Assembly: GCA_037447605.1 (NCBI GenBank)
Contig: CM074810.1
Span: 1,212,880 to 1,276,879 of the forward strand
Direction of reading: 5' to 3'
Source: Zygnema circumcarinatum SAG 698-1b
Taxonomy: Eukaryota; Plantae; Zygnematophyceae
Length of the DNA: 64,000 nt
The position numbers and the translations under genes are program-made. Shown piece by piece: positions 1-13,300 of this stretch. The number at the start of each line of letters is the position of its first letter. The first letter of the stretch is position 1. Under the pieces are notes generated by a model, which had not been told where the DNA came from, ran no database searches, and saw nothing but the letters and a program-made list of their open reading frames with translations.

Positions 1-1303
1 ATAGAAACCTGTTGCATCTATTGAGCAAAAAAGGGAGCCGCCCTCAACAGCACTCCAGCCACAATACCCAGTTGCTAACCGGACAAATCCAAGATAAATG
101 CATACAGGTAGGCATCCAAAGGCAAACAATCCGAAACCCACCTTCGATGGGGCTAAAGTTGCCTTTTTCTGGGCATTCAAAATGGAATCCGCATATCTCC
201 CACGAAGAAGTGCAGCTCGCGTTGCAGCTTCATTAGTGAGCACAGGAATCGGTACAGAAGGTGAAACTTCTGCAGCCGGAGGTCCACTTCCTTCTGGCAG
301 ACACACCAAAAGCACTATGATAAGAAGTAGAGACCAGCAGCTGTTTTCAACTAATTCACATGCCCGAAAACCATAGGTAGGTTTTGACTCTGACGTACAC
401 AAACAAGAAAAACATCATTGCATGAAAGAAAATCACATCCAGAGGTACAGCAAATTGGACAAAATCCGAATCCAGCACGAGCCTTAGTTATAATTGGCGT
501 CTCTTTCCAAAAGGGCAATGGTGCAAAATACGACCTCTGTTTCGACAAAGCTTCCATCCACAAGCAGAAAACCATAGCCAATTCCCCAGAGACAACAATT
601 CTTTTCCATACCTGCAACGGGCGTTCCAACAGTGTTCTTGGCAGCATCATCCCTTTCATCTTCAACCGATTTGTTAACCCCCTCCCCCTCCGCAGGAAGC
701 GCCTGCGATGCCGACCTGGGTGTTACTGGATGTACTGTTACTCCTGCACCCGCTTCCTCGTCCTTCACGGTTCCTGCACACAACAACGTCAACAGATAGC
801 TAAAGTCCAGGTCCCTATGTATCGATATACCTAGTACACCTGCTGAGAGAGGCCTACCTACATGCCTCTCCATAAGTTTGTCCGAGTAAACTCCACTGCT
901 TTTAGGCCATATCTACAGGCTTCGAGATTTGTCAAAGACAAACCCCAATCCAGGGCTCGACATACTTCAAGTCAAGTACTTGTGTGTGCCCACTCAGGGT
1001 AAGGCCCCCCTATCACCACGCGTAATAACTTTACCAGCCCAGAGCCACGCATCGGTAGCGTGACGTGCGTTAAAAAAAGTGCGTTGTCGTGTCAACCACA
1101 AACAATGTCTCAGCATGCAAGTCACTCTTAGAGCACGCACTTTTTGCACCGTCAGTCTTGGCGGCCGGACTGCCCTTCGGCTCGTTTGCGGCCCCAGAAC
1201 CAGCAGCTTCCTGCAGCAGCAGCCGCGGTCGAAGCATCGAGAAGGTTTAGCTCTCATCTTCTGAGAACTAGACGCTGAGATGCTCACCTCCGTCGATGTT
1301 CTA

Positions 1304-4300
1304 TCACATGACCTAAATGGCTATTTAGCTGGCAGACACGTAAGGAAAGCTATTCCAAACCAAGTACCTTCCGAAAACTCCTCAATCACAGCAGAGATAT
1401 GCCAAGCACAGTCGGAAACCCAGGAAAGGCCCTTGAATCTTTCGCAAGAACTGCACGACAGTTCAGCTGTAATCAAGCAAAAGACGACGGACTAAGGCAA
1501 GAAGGGTGAGTCACCATACCTTATCATGAGAAGCCCTTGAACCTCCTTTAGACTGAGCTTCGTCAGCCTCTGACTCACTCCCAGAGGATCCACTCCCGGA
1601 TTCACTGTCTGCAATCACATGGAACATGAAAGACGCCCACTCAGGGAGCCAGACACTCAACAAGAATAACAGTCTCAGCTAATGACGATAATAGTGACGA
1701 CACATACATAAAAGTACGAAAGAGCTCACTGATGGCAAACTGTAAAAATAGGAGTCGAATACAGATGCCCCGAAGGATACAAAAGGACAGGCTACGACAG
1801 ACAAGCTTTCTGGTGCAGAAAGTCATATAAAAATAGAAAAAAATGAAGTTAAGGATAGCAAATGAGCAGCAAAAATAACGCTTTTGCATCGACTTGACCT
1901 GATCAGGAAACATCCACTTACCACTTGAAGACGAGCCACTATCATCACTACTTGAACTGCCGGAGCTGCTAGATTTAGCCCCACCGTCCTTTGTATCTTT
2001 CTCAACCTCCACAGGCGCAATTGGCCCAGCAGGCTGGTCATCGTCAATGTCGACCTCGTCTTCTCCTTCACCTGCATGAGTTCCAACAGATGGATATGAC
2101 AACCATTCCCTTCGCAGGTGAACGATGCAAAACGACGAGCCTGCTACCAAATAAACTTCAATACAATTACTTTCTTTGGAAGGGCATCTATCATACCTCG
2201 TTTCTTCGACGGGAGCTGTGAAGTCTGCATGGGTGCAACAACATCAAACAGACATGTCATGAGGCCAAGCCACTTTAATACATTCGAAGCTTTTGAATTT
2301 CTCTGTGAGGACACCATCTTGTCACAGCTTCGTGAGAAACACAATAGTCTAGCATAAAAGTTGATGAAAAGAGACTCCGGAAGAAAAAACGACGTCGGAC
2401 TGACAGACATGGTCACAGCAAAAGCTAAAAAAAGTTCGCTAATGAATACAAACAATCAAGTGCAAAAGCCTGACAAGAGAAGGTTAACTACATGTATACG
2501 CAAAAAAAGCAAGAATGTGGCAGGTATATTCACATACTTTCGTTGTCTGCGCCCAATGTTGATCATCGTCGCCAGCCTTTCGCTTCACTTTATTCTTGCT
2601 CTTCATAACATTTGCTACATATCTCTCCAACTCCCACAACGTATCGTTGTCCATAGAATCAATATCGAGTTCTATTTCATCATCTTCATGACTGAGATTC
2701 GGCTGATTTGACGAGATGATCTGGACGATACGACCAAGTTTGTCACCCGGCAACTTGCCAAGATTGACACTCAACTTCCTCTTCTCCTCAAACGTCATTG
2801 GCCGCTTCTCTGTATCCTCCTTTCTTGGCTTCGGAAGAACAGGTGTTCGATTCCCTGGCTTTGATGGGGCAACTTGCTGCTTCTTCTCCTTCATTTCCAC
2901 CTGAGATTCTAGCTTTCTCAATCTGCGCTGCAAATCCTGTACCTCCTTCATCTCAATGTTGACCTGCTCTTCTTCTTCCCTAGACTTGACTTCATCCTCC
3001 CTAATCTTCTCAGCTATTTTCTTGTAAGAGGTTTCAAAAATTTTCCTCATCTCATCTGCCATTATATACACATCGCTGTTGCGAGGATTGTAAGTCATGG
3101 CATTGCCGAAAACCAATCTCACATCACTTGCAAAATCCGTTGGATGCGCATACTCTTGCGCCTTGAGCTTTGTATCCACAGTGCCAAGATCCATAGGCTG
3201 TTTGATGACAGTGAAATAATCTGGAAGCTTCAGCTTCACAACATCCACTGGCTTGTCAAACACCCATGCCCACTTGTGGCTCATTAGCCGCTTCAAGGAC
3301 GTCGTACACATTTTCATGATCTCGCTCATCCTTTTCGTATGAGCAACTTCTGATTTTTGCCTTTTCGAATTCCGAGACTCCATAACCTTACCCCCTCGTT
3401 TCACTCCAGCCACCTTAGACTTCGGTTTCTCAGGAGGCGGCAGTTTGTCTCGGCCAGACACGAAGTCCTGATTGATGTAAGCTGTATTTGCCTTCGGAGT
3501 TCTCTTCTCTTTACCGGCTGTTCCTGGAGTAGCATCGGAGAACTGCAAACTGGTCTGCCTGGAAATCTCAGGCATCCCTGATGCAGCTTCACTGTGGGCA
3601 GTCTCCCCCTCTTCAATCCGGCGTGACGGGATGTCGATCGTGACATCAGGAACCCATCTCCCGTTACCAGTTGCCTCTCTAGCCCCTCCATTCTCGACCT
3701 TGTATGTCCTCTTGCGGCTTTCTCCAGCAGACTCACTTGCAGAGGCAGTCGTCTTAGTTCGCAGTTCCTGCTCCCTCTCCTCAATCTTTGCATTCACTTC
3801 CATGACGGATTTCAATTCTTCAAGCAACTTCTCCCGCATCCTCCTCTTCTCCTCTTTTTTCTTCTTCTTATCACTGAGGGGACAGTCCCTATTTCCGCTT
3901 CCTGCTTGTGTAGATCCTCCATCGTCGATCTGATCGCTCCCTTTCGGCGCATCTGAATTAACACTCATAAATTTCCGCTTCGCACCGCGAGAATCATCTC
4001 CTTGTCCTGCATTCATTGCCAGCGGCCATTTTCCTTGAAGCTCTTTAGCTTCAACATGAGGCAACTTCTGTTTTGATGGAGCAGCTTTTAAATCAGATCG
4101 TGCTGAACTGCAACTGTCCAACCTTTTCAACTGACTGTGCCTTGTCCTTCTCCCCTCCGACTCACCGGACGTATCAAGAGTTGATATTGCTGGAGCAGGT
4201 AGGACAGGGCCGACAGGTACGTATGCATAGCCCTTAGGAGCTTTCTTTTTCTGAGCCTCCTCTCTTGTCAAAATGACTTCATTTCGTTTAGGAGGATCCA

Positions 4301-4346
4301 AGATAGACGGAGCCATTCCAGCGTTTACATGGACATCAGCAGTCAT
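1304..4346 (-). CDS. GTE-family bromodomain and extra-terminal (BET) protein; exons approx. 4346-2538, 2224-2197, 2071-1922, 1608-1520, 1312-1304
   Basis: Bromodomain (LMSHKWAWVFDKPVD..LPDYFTVIKQPMDLGTV..DVRLVFGNAMTYN) and ET domain (MTFEEKRKLSVNLGKLP..EIELDIDSMDNDTLWEL). GT-AG splicing keeps the frame through a Ser-rich tail (SSSSGSSSSDDSG..SGSESEADE). Start Met and last exon are inferred. Confidence 0.9.
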
Positions 4347-6420
4347 GTGCTTGTTTGTTCTCTGCACCTCCCGCAAAACATCGCAAACGAAATCTTCGTC
4401 ACAACTTTCTCCTTGAAAAAGGAAACACAGGAAATGACAGTCCAACATGAAAATATGCATGCAGGAAATCAAGAGGATTTCAATGACATCTCCTGCTAAG
4501 CTGTAAAAAGGAAATCAGAAATCTGCAGAAAGTTTTCGCGAAATACAGCAGCTCCAGAGCGTACTCCGAGACCAAGAGGATGAAGAGCAATTTAATATGA
4601 ATGTCAGAAATGTTGGCATCGAGATGAATCTTTTCAGGCATGGTAACAGGACGATGAAGGTAGGGTCACTATCTAACTCCACACATCGGGCGTGTCAGAC
4701 CCTAGCTTCACGCACCATAATTACTGCCAGCTTCACCAAGAAGTATTGCAGAAGCGCATCCAGTCCCCCTCAGACTGTGATTAACTTCAGGAACGAGAAA
4801 TTCTGTCTTTAGGTGAATCCACCACATGGCGAAATAAAGTGACTGTCAGGCTCCCACTACCTGCGGCTTAGTGGTGTGGTCCATACGCCGACAGGCGGAG
4901 CCAGTGTTAGGAAACCTCGCCAGTGTGTCAGAAGGTAGTGACGATCCGGGCACTTTCTATCGGAAACACTCCTGCAGAAGACCTAACCACTATATTGACA
5001 GTACGGCCTCCCTATCCGGCACCCTCAACTAACCAGATGTATTTATCACTTTCAACGCCCTTAAGGTCTGTCCACCATTCCTCTGTACCAGTTCCACGAC
5101 ATTCAGCCAGTCTTAAGCTTAGGCCTTTACCCAGATCTTTCTCAGACAATATCCTTCCGCGCTTCCAACCCTAATTTCCTCTGCGCTACGCGTCGCTCTC
5201 CGCCTTCTCCCGCGGGTCTAGCAGGCGCATGCAGGCTCCAATCACCGCCTGCCGACCGACCGACCCCTGGAGCGCTCTTCCCCTGCAGCCCTGCCCTAAC
5301 CCCCCGCGGAGAAAGATCGAGAATGGCGGCGCCTGCCAGCGGTCCCCATCCTCCCATTTATAGGGTTGGAAGTGCGTCCGGCTGCCCTCCGCCGTCCGTT
5401 CGCGCGCGATATGCAGCGCATCGGACGGCGGAGATTGCGCGAGGTTGCGTGCGGGCCTGCCTCCTGCCGGTCCTCGGCGAGCGCTCGCACTGGCCCGCCC
5501 CGCGAAGGCGGAACCTGTACGGACGGACTGGGACCGCCGCGGGCCCAGTTTGAATTTTCGCTTTGGCGCTTCTAGGAAGTTGGCGGGCTCTGTACTTCAA
5601 TTTTTTTTTGGGTCGAAATTGCAACTAGAGTCTTGTGGAAACGTTTCCAAGCGAATGATATTCCTATGCAATATGTGCCATTGAAGGGCTGGGCGGACAG
5701 ATGGGCGATGACTATATACAGCACATGAACCACCCATGGCTACATGGGTTCGTTCCCACATGACAAACATGTCTCATGGACTTCCAAGATCTGCCACTGT
5801 GGATGGATAGACGATTCTTAGAGTCCTGCCACCTATTCACATGCATCCAATGTTCCCATTAGAGATACCCACAAACAAAAAGCCACCGACGGGCGCAATC
5901 CCCATTCACACTAAGAGGACTCGTCCTTGCCTTCATGATTGATCTCCGTAACTGGCAATTGTCAGCCAAGAAAGGGACATTACCTCATTCATCGGGAGAA
6001 CAAGAAAATCTCCACTCGTCCATTGTGATGCACCCTAACGCTGGCATGCCATATAGTATAAGGGAAGACCTAGCAGCGGCCTAGCCTCAGAAGCCCACTG
6101 ATTAAACCCAAGGGGATGACTGCTGTATTGCCTGCACTCGCATGTACATCCTCAAAGACGAACTCATGATAAGCATTCGGGAAGGACCCTTAGTGCACTG
6201 TTTCCTGTGAATTCTCGCCAACGTCTTGAGGTTAACGCGGCCTGAAGCAGATAAAGGCAGCGATATAGACTGCCGTGCAGAAGGGTTTCATGTGAGCAAT
6301 TTGAGAGCACCTACACCACATGGCAACTAAGACTCTCCTGCAGAGTTGCACTCTCACAATTCTCACCCATTGGGAGCTCCGAGTCATCACCCCAGTGATG
6401 GAAGTGGATCTACATTACCC

Positions 6421-9257
6421 TCATCTTTGTAGCACAACAGAGTTGACCAATCCTGCAGCCTCTATCGTCTCGCTCGGGTCGGTGAGCGGCTTTGGTGGGA
6501 AACCCATACTCTGCAGCTGGTAGGTGCTGTTGCTGCTTGGACGGGAAGATTCAATGAATGCTCGTATGTCACCCACTGTATGGTCAAGATTGAAGCGAGC
6601 AACCATCCGACTTCCATCCGCTAAACGGAGTTGCACTGAAGTCGAAGGTTTCGTGTCATCCACTACAAGTCCTGCAATTTGCAATACGTGATCAGCTTAT
6701 GACGACAGACAAAATTCAGAACAGCATGATAAGCTGAATTCAAAAGTTCATCTGAGAGAAACAAGGACTCACTTCCAGCATATGCTGACCTAGATTAGGA
6801 AACCACAGCCAGTTATTGCTGAAAGGAGAAAGCATTCCCGACATTATGTTAAGGTGCTGCATATTTTTGGGATAACCTACAGACCATCCATCACCTGCAT
6901 CTCGCAATCTGCTAACTCAACGTGTGCCACTCCTTCCAATAAGTCGAATCACTCGGTTTTTTCTAATGCAAATACCAATGAATCCAGTACCTTAAACAAA
7001 CACTGCCTTAAAGATCGCACCTTGACGAGTTGAAGCATTGCTCGTTGATAGAGTGGGAGAAGGCTCAGTTGCCACTGCAAAACCACCTAAAGTTCGACCA
7101 ACACCAGAAAAGGCCACGTATCGTGGCTCAGGAGGAGGCTGCAGAGGAGACAAACACACATCTCACGGTTAACACAAGGCACAAGCATAGCTGCCATGGC
7201 CCTGGAAGGAAGGAAGGAATGAAGCATTAACCAAAAGGACACTGGCTAAGTACATTTTCCTGCTGCTTCAGAGGCCAGACAGCGCCAAAGACCGTGGGCC
7301 AAAGACCATCCTGCAGAGCCTTTAAGGATGTAGCATAGGCTCCAAATGACATCAGGGGTTGAATCCTACCGTCCAATCTTCGTCCTTGCGGACGAGATTC
7401 ACCTCTACCGGGGAAACACGATCAGGCGGAGCCAATTCTCGTGGACATTCTCCGCGATTGATGCTCTGCAGACAGAGGACGGTGCGTTGCGCTACATTTG
7501 TTAGGAAGTAATGCAAAATCGAGGTCAGCAGCAATACTATACTCCTCTTTCGTCAGTGGAAATTGCAGCTTTCCTCCAACAGAAGCCAACAGCGTAGAAG
7601 CAGAGGTAGCAAGTTTGAAAGCATTACGCACAGTTAAGAAGCTAGAATTGGCAGGGTCCTCCAATCTGCGTAAGGGCCCATCGTCAACAGTAAACCCATT
7701 CCGCCAGAATGTGATAGTATAGCGATTCGATTTTGGCCGTTCTAATGCCACCGGCTGGGCACCTTCTACACTGTCTTCTGGTGAAGCTCCAAGAGTCCGA
7801 GCCCTTCCTGAAAAGGCACCTCCCCTCCGTACCTCGGGCGATTCAAGGTCCTCTGCATCTCCATCTCGTGCTCCAAATTGCCGCGCGCGTTCAAAAATGG
7901 CATCCACATTTGGAGTCCGCCCACCTCGCTTGGGATCTTGCACCATCATGCCACTGCTTTCACAGAATGCCACACCCCAACACATTCAAACGAAGTCCAC
8001 AGAGAGGAAACAAGCAACAGAAAGTCAAGCTTCCATACAAGGCACGGGCTCCTCAAGAGTAGCCCTTCTAAACTCCTGGCTGACGAGAATGAGAAAGATG
8101 GGCTTCTTCCGAGATACGGAAATTCTGATTAACATGCAATTAAGCTGCCGCAACAAACATCAGGAACTCCACTCGTGATGACCACGAAATCCAAACAACA
8201 AATTTGCCACCAGCCCATCCAACCCTTGTTTTGCCAGAAGCTAGAAAAAAAAAAAATGATGCAGCTACACGATCCATCTTGGTGAGAGCGCTAATGGCAT
8301 AAGTGATAGATGTCGACAGTGAGCCATTTTTGCAAACGGATTGGCACCGCCGTTTTTTTAATCAAAATTCAACACAGTTATTCCAGACTGTATTTGCAGT
8401 TTCCGAAGTTTCCCAAACCAATGACTGTTTCCCAAACTGTTGTTGGGAGACTGTTATTGTTGAAAACCGTTGACAACAGAAGAACAAACTGACGCTATGC
8501 AGAGCAATCACAAGCTAGTAAATAAAAAAAATCACAAACAGTAGGCATGATAGTCAGATTGGCAATTTACCGTATTCCAATTTGGCAAGTATCACTAATA
8601 ATAATAATTACGGGAAAACGCCACGTTGCTCAGGATGTTATGCAAACAATAACAAGAGATGCTGATGCATACATGTGTATGCATATATCGGTCTATAGAC
8701 CGATGCATTTAGAAAAAAAGATAAAGTTCTCCTACTAGCGTCTGAATCCACCCTGACGAAACGTGCTCTGAAGAGTGATTTGGTCCCAAGCAGCTCATTT
8801 GTTGTGATTGGGATTGTTGTGATTATAGAACGACTTGTGCCCACCTCTTTTCCCCGCCCGTATAGTACTCGTTAGGCTCTTCATCATCGTCCTCATCATT
8901 GTCCTCCTGCACTTTGTTCAAGTCAGATACTGTCTTGAATCTGCTGCTGGATGCGGCTCTAGAGGCCGCTTGCGAGGACCTTCCCCTCGTTGCAGAGGCT
9001 GCCTGTCCAAAAGTTTGAGATCTTGGCCCATGCTCCTCCTGATTGGAGGGCTGCCCTGAAGATAGTGGCTCCAATTCTTCCCGCTGATGAGTTGCAGCTT
9101 GAAGCCCTAAGTCCGCATGGCCGTCCTGGTCAAAGAAGGAAGATATTGCAGAATCAAGATCCCAATTGGAGCTCTCGAGAAAGAAGGCCGCCTGCTCTGC
9201 CTTCGCACTCGTGATTGAGCAAAAACTCGCAACCATTTCCTGCTTATCTGTGTCCAT
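6421..9257 (-). CDS. Plant UBX-domain protein, p47/Shp1-type CDC48 adaptor (UBA-like, SEP, UBX); exons 9257-8845, 7953-7632, 7465-7370, 7138-7021, 6671-6421
   Basis: UBA-like [18 protein letters not shown]; [16 protein letters not shown] across intron 1; [30 protein letters not shown]; SHP box [10 protein letters not shown]; [27 protein letters not shown]. Splice phases are consistent. Confidence 0.95.
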
Positions 9258-9757
9258 GGCCGCAGTCTGGCAGCCTCTCTTTCTTGTAAACACGCGTAGG
9301 GAACACGCAACAAGCAGCCTGAAAAGCCTACTACAGAACCTCCCTTCTCCTTCTCGCTGCTTTTCTTTCCAGCAGACACACCTCACAGTATGTTGACAGA
9401 AAGATGTGCGCCCTTCAAACTTTAATGGCACCCTTTTCCCTCCCCTTCCCGTATTGTAAGTTTGCCACCCTCTGTGGGAGAAGCGCCCTCTGTTGTAGCC
9501 TGTAGGCTGTGGCCCTCCTCGGCCGCACGTGCGAGTTGTTGACAACGCGAGCCCGTCCAACCAATGAGAGCGCGACATGCTCCTCCCCCAACTTCCTTTG
9601 CGTGATAAAAATCATTCCGTCGCAGTCCGAAATAGTTTGCATATATACGTTTCTCAGTTCCACATTAATGTATTCACATGTGTATGTGACGCACTAGTAC
9701 TACGACCTGTGAAAATCCTGGTTCTGTTGTCATTCCCGTTACCGGCACCGTGGTACC

Positions 9758-9805
9758 GTACGGTCAAGTACGGTCAAGTACGGTCAAGTACGGTCAAGTA
9801 CGGTC
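9758..9805. repeat. Tandem 10-mer (CGGTCAAGTA) x4 plus a partial copy
   Basis: Read directly; each junction creates GTAC. Confidence 0.9.
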
Positions 9806-9898
9806 CATTGCGGTAGCTCAGGCTGTTCCCACTAGTGGAAACAGCCTGTGGGTTGAATATTATTTCCTCGCTGGCCCTACGACGATTATTCTACTAAT

Positions 9899-10177
9899 AG
9901 GGGGAGTCAGACCTTGACCATCGCCCGCGGAATTGAAAGATTCCGCCGGCGGAAAGGTATTGATTTCGATTGCAGAATTCGGATCGGAAACCGCGGCTCC
10001 CCCCGAACCTGTCGGTCCCGTCCGTACTTCGAAATAGGTTACAAAAATGAGATACAGGCTCGGCGCCCGAGCCTGTCGAACGTCCACTTTTGGCGAAAAA
10101 GGCCTGCCGTACAACGCGGAATTGGCCCGACGGGCTCGCGGAATTGGTTTGGCGATGGACAAGGTCTGACTCCCCCT
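9899..10177. mobile_element. MITE, ~279 bp, ~27-bp terminal inverted repeats
   Basis: AGGGGGAGTCAGACCTTGACCATCGCC ... GGCGATGGACAAGGTCTGACTCCCCCT, flanked by AAT on both sides (or TA if the element starts at the G run). A related copy lies at 50223-50420. Confidence 0.8.
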
Positions 10178-10348
10178 AATATGTCCGTTGAAATTCGGGC
10201 AGCGAATTAGGGCGCGCCGCCTCCCTTAGTCCCTGTCCCAAGCCATGCGGAGGAAGGCGCCCTCCCTCCCCGCAGGCACCGCCCCTCCCCACCCTCGCCT
10301 TTGGCCGCCCCCGCGTCCCCTCCTGTCTCCGGCGGGCGCCTCCCGGCG

Positions 10349-13300
10349 ATGGCGCACGCGCGGTCTCTCTCTCTCGCGGCGGCGTTTTTCCTCCTCTGTG
10401 CCGCCGCCGCCGCCCCGCGCGAAGCCGCCGCTCAGGCCATGGACCCGCGAGACAGTGAGCCGCCGCGGCCCGCCCCCCCGCCCTCTATGGACGGGGAGAG
10501 GCGCCCTGCTCGCGTCGTGGCCTCTGTTTGTGCTTTTTGAAGCGGACCGCGGCCTCAATCTAATCCTGCATCTGCTCGCGCTTGGGTGCAGGGGACGCCC
10601 TTCTCGCTGTCAAAGCGGCAATCAACACCACACAAAATCTCTACGGACTTGATCTCACCTCCTGGACTGTGAGTAACCCCGACTGCCGCAATTGGCACGG
10701 GATCGAGGCGTGCGACGCAACCGGGCGCGTTACTGAGATGTGAGCCACACTTTGAATGAACACCGCTTGTGATGTTGGAGGCTCCGCGGATTCCATAGCT
10801 GCAGAGCTGCAGCTCGAGGCTGCGAGCAGGGTTCTGCGGGTAGAAGTCTCCTCAACAAGCGGCGAAAAAGGGCCGCCCGGAGCAGTCCTTCTACTGCTTG
10901 CGGCCCTTTCTTCTTCTGACACTCTCACTGCTAACTTGCCTTTGCTAACCTGCCTTGTGCAGACGTTTAGGGTCTTACTTATGTGGAGGAACCATTTCAC
11001 CTGCCATCGGTAACCTGACAAAGTTGACACGTTTGTGAGTGGCTCCATTTCAGAAGGATGCATTCCATGCATGTTTGTGAGTACAAAGTGATACGGAGGG
11101 CTCAAATGTTGGGACGTGCTAAATTAGTAGAAGCACTGAACCACTCAGCGGCCTCGCTACCTGTAATGCGTGTTCGCACCATGGCTCGGCTGCACATGCA
11201 CAAGCTTCAAGTTTACGATGACGCGTCACGTTTACGTGGTGTATTGCAGCTACTTGACTCCGTTCCTTGCAGCATTCTTTCCACATGAGTTTTCCATTTT
11301 GCTGGAAATATCGGCCAGACTCGTTGAGCCTTTTTTCTTTATTTTTGGCAGATACTTGCATTTGAATTCCCTAACGGGGTCTATCCCGGATTCTATCGGC
11401 AACCTTGCGAATCTGCTAACATTGTAAGTATTTTTCCCCATAAATCTGAAATGAAAGTCATAGGAATGCCAGTGATAGAAATGCTAGTCGTGGCAGCATG
11501 TTTATTCAGTGCCCTATTTTTTTTTTTTTTTTGGCAGAGACTTGTCTTCTAATTCCCTAACGGGGTCTATCCCGGATTCTATCGGCAACCTTGCGAATCT
11601 GCAATACTTGTAAGTAATTTTCCCCATAAATCTGAAATGAAAGTGATAGAAATGACAGACAGAGGAATGCCAGTGATAGAAATGCTAGTCGTGGTAACAT
11701 GTTTATTCAGTTCCTATTTTTCTTTATTTTTGTGCAGATCCTTGTCTTATAATTCCCTAACGGGGTCTATCCCGGATTCTATCGGCAACCTTATGAATCT
11801 GCAATACTTGTAATTAATCTTCCCCATAAATCTGAAATGAAAGTGATAGAAATGACAGACAAGGGAATACCAGTGATAGAAATGCTAGTCGTTGCAGCAT
11901 GTTTATTCATTTCATATTTTTTCTATCTTGGGCAGGTACTTGGATTTCAATTCCCTAACAGGGTCTATCCCGGCTTCTATCGGCAACCTTGCGAGTCTGA
12001 ACGAATTGTAAGTATTTTTCCCCATAAATCTGAAATGAAAGTGATAGAAATGACAGACAGGGGAATGCCAGTGATAGAAATGCTAGTCGAGGCAGCATGC
12101 TTATTTAGTGTCTATTTTTTTTATTTTGGCAGATACTTGGGTCCCAATTCCCTAACTGGGTCGATTCCGGCTTCTATCGGCAACCTTTCGAATCTGGAAA
12201 AATTGTAAGTATTTTTCCCCATAAATTTTAACATGAAAGTGATAGGAATGCCAAATAGAGGAATGCCCGCGATAGAAATGCTAGTCGTGGCAGCATGCTT
12301 ATTTAGTACCTATTTTTTTTTTTTTTGGCAGAGACTTGGGTCAGAATCCCCCAACAGGGTTTATCCCGGCATCTATCGGCAACCTTGCGAGTCTGAACGA
12401 ATTGTAAGTATTTTTCCCCATAAATCTGAAATGACAGTGATAGAAAAATGCCATACAGAGGAATGTCAGTAATAAAAATGCTAGTCGTGGCAGCACGCAT
12501 ATTTAATGCCCCCCCTTTTTTTTTTTGGCAGACGCTTAGGTTCTAATTCCCTAACAGGGTCTATCCCGGCTTCTGTTGGCAACCTTTCGAATTTGGAAAT
12601 ATTGTACGTATTTTACCCCATAAATCTGAAATGAAAGTGATAGAAATGACAGACAAAGAATTGTCAGTGATATAAATGCTAGTCGTGGCAGCATGATTAT
12701 TCAGTTTCATTTTGTTTTTTTGGCAAAGTCTTGGCTTCCAATGCCCTAACAGGGTCCATCCCGGATTCTATTGGCAACCTTGCGAATCTTTATTATATGT
12801 AAGTATTTTTCCCTTAAATCTGAAGTGAAAGTGATAGAAATGCCAAACAAAGAAATGACAGTGATAGATTTTTTTTGTCGTGGCAGCATGTTTATTCAGT
12901 GCCTTTTTTTCTATTTTTGGCAGGGGGTTGGGTTCTAATTCCCTAACGGGGTCAATTCCGGATTCTATCGGCAACCTTACGAATCTGCAATACTTGTAAG
13001 TATTTTTCCCCATAAATCTGAATTGCCAGAGATAGAAATGTCAGACAGAGGAATGCCAGTGAGATAAATGCTAGTCGTGGCAGCATGTTTATTCAGTGCC
13101 TTTTTTTTTTTTTTGGCAGGTACTTGGATGATAATTCCCTAACGGGATCGATCCCGGATTCTTTCGGCAACCTTGCGAACCTGCTAGAATTGTAAGTATT
13201 TCTCCCCTTTAATCTTAAATGAAGGTGATAAAAATGCCAAACAGAGAAATAACAGTGATAGATTTTTTTTTTTTCTGGCAGCATGTTTATTCAGTGCCTT

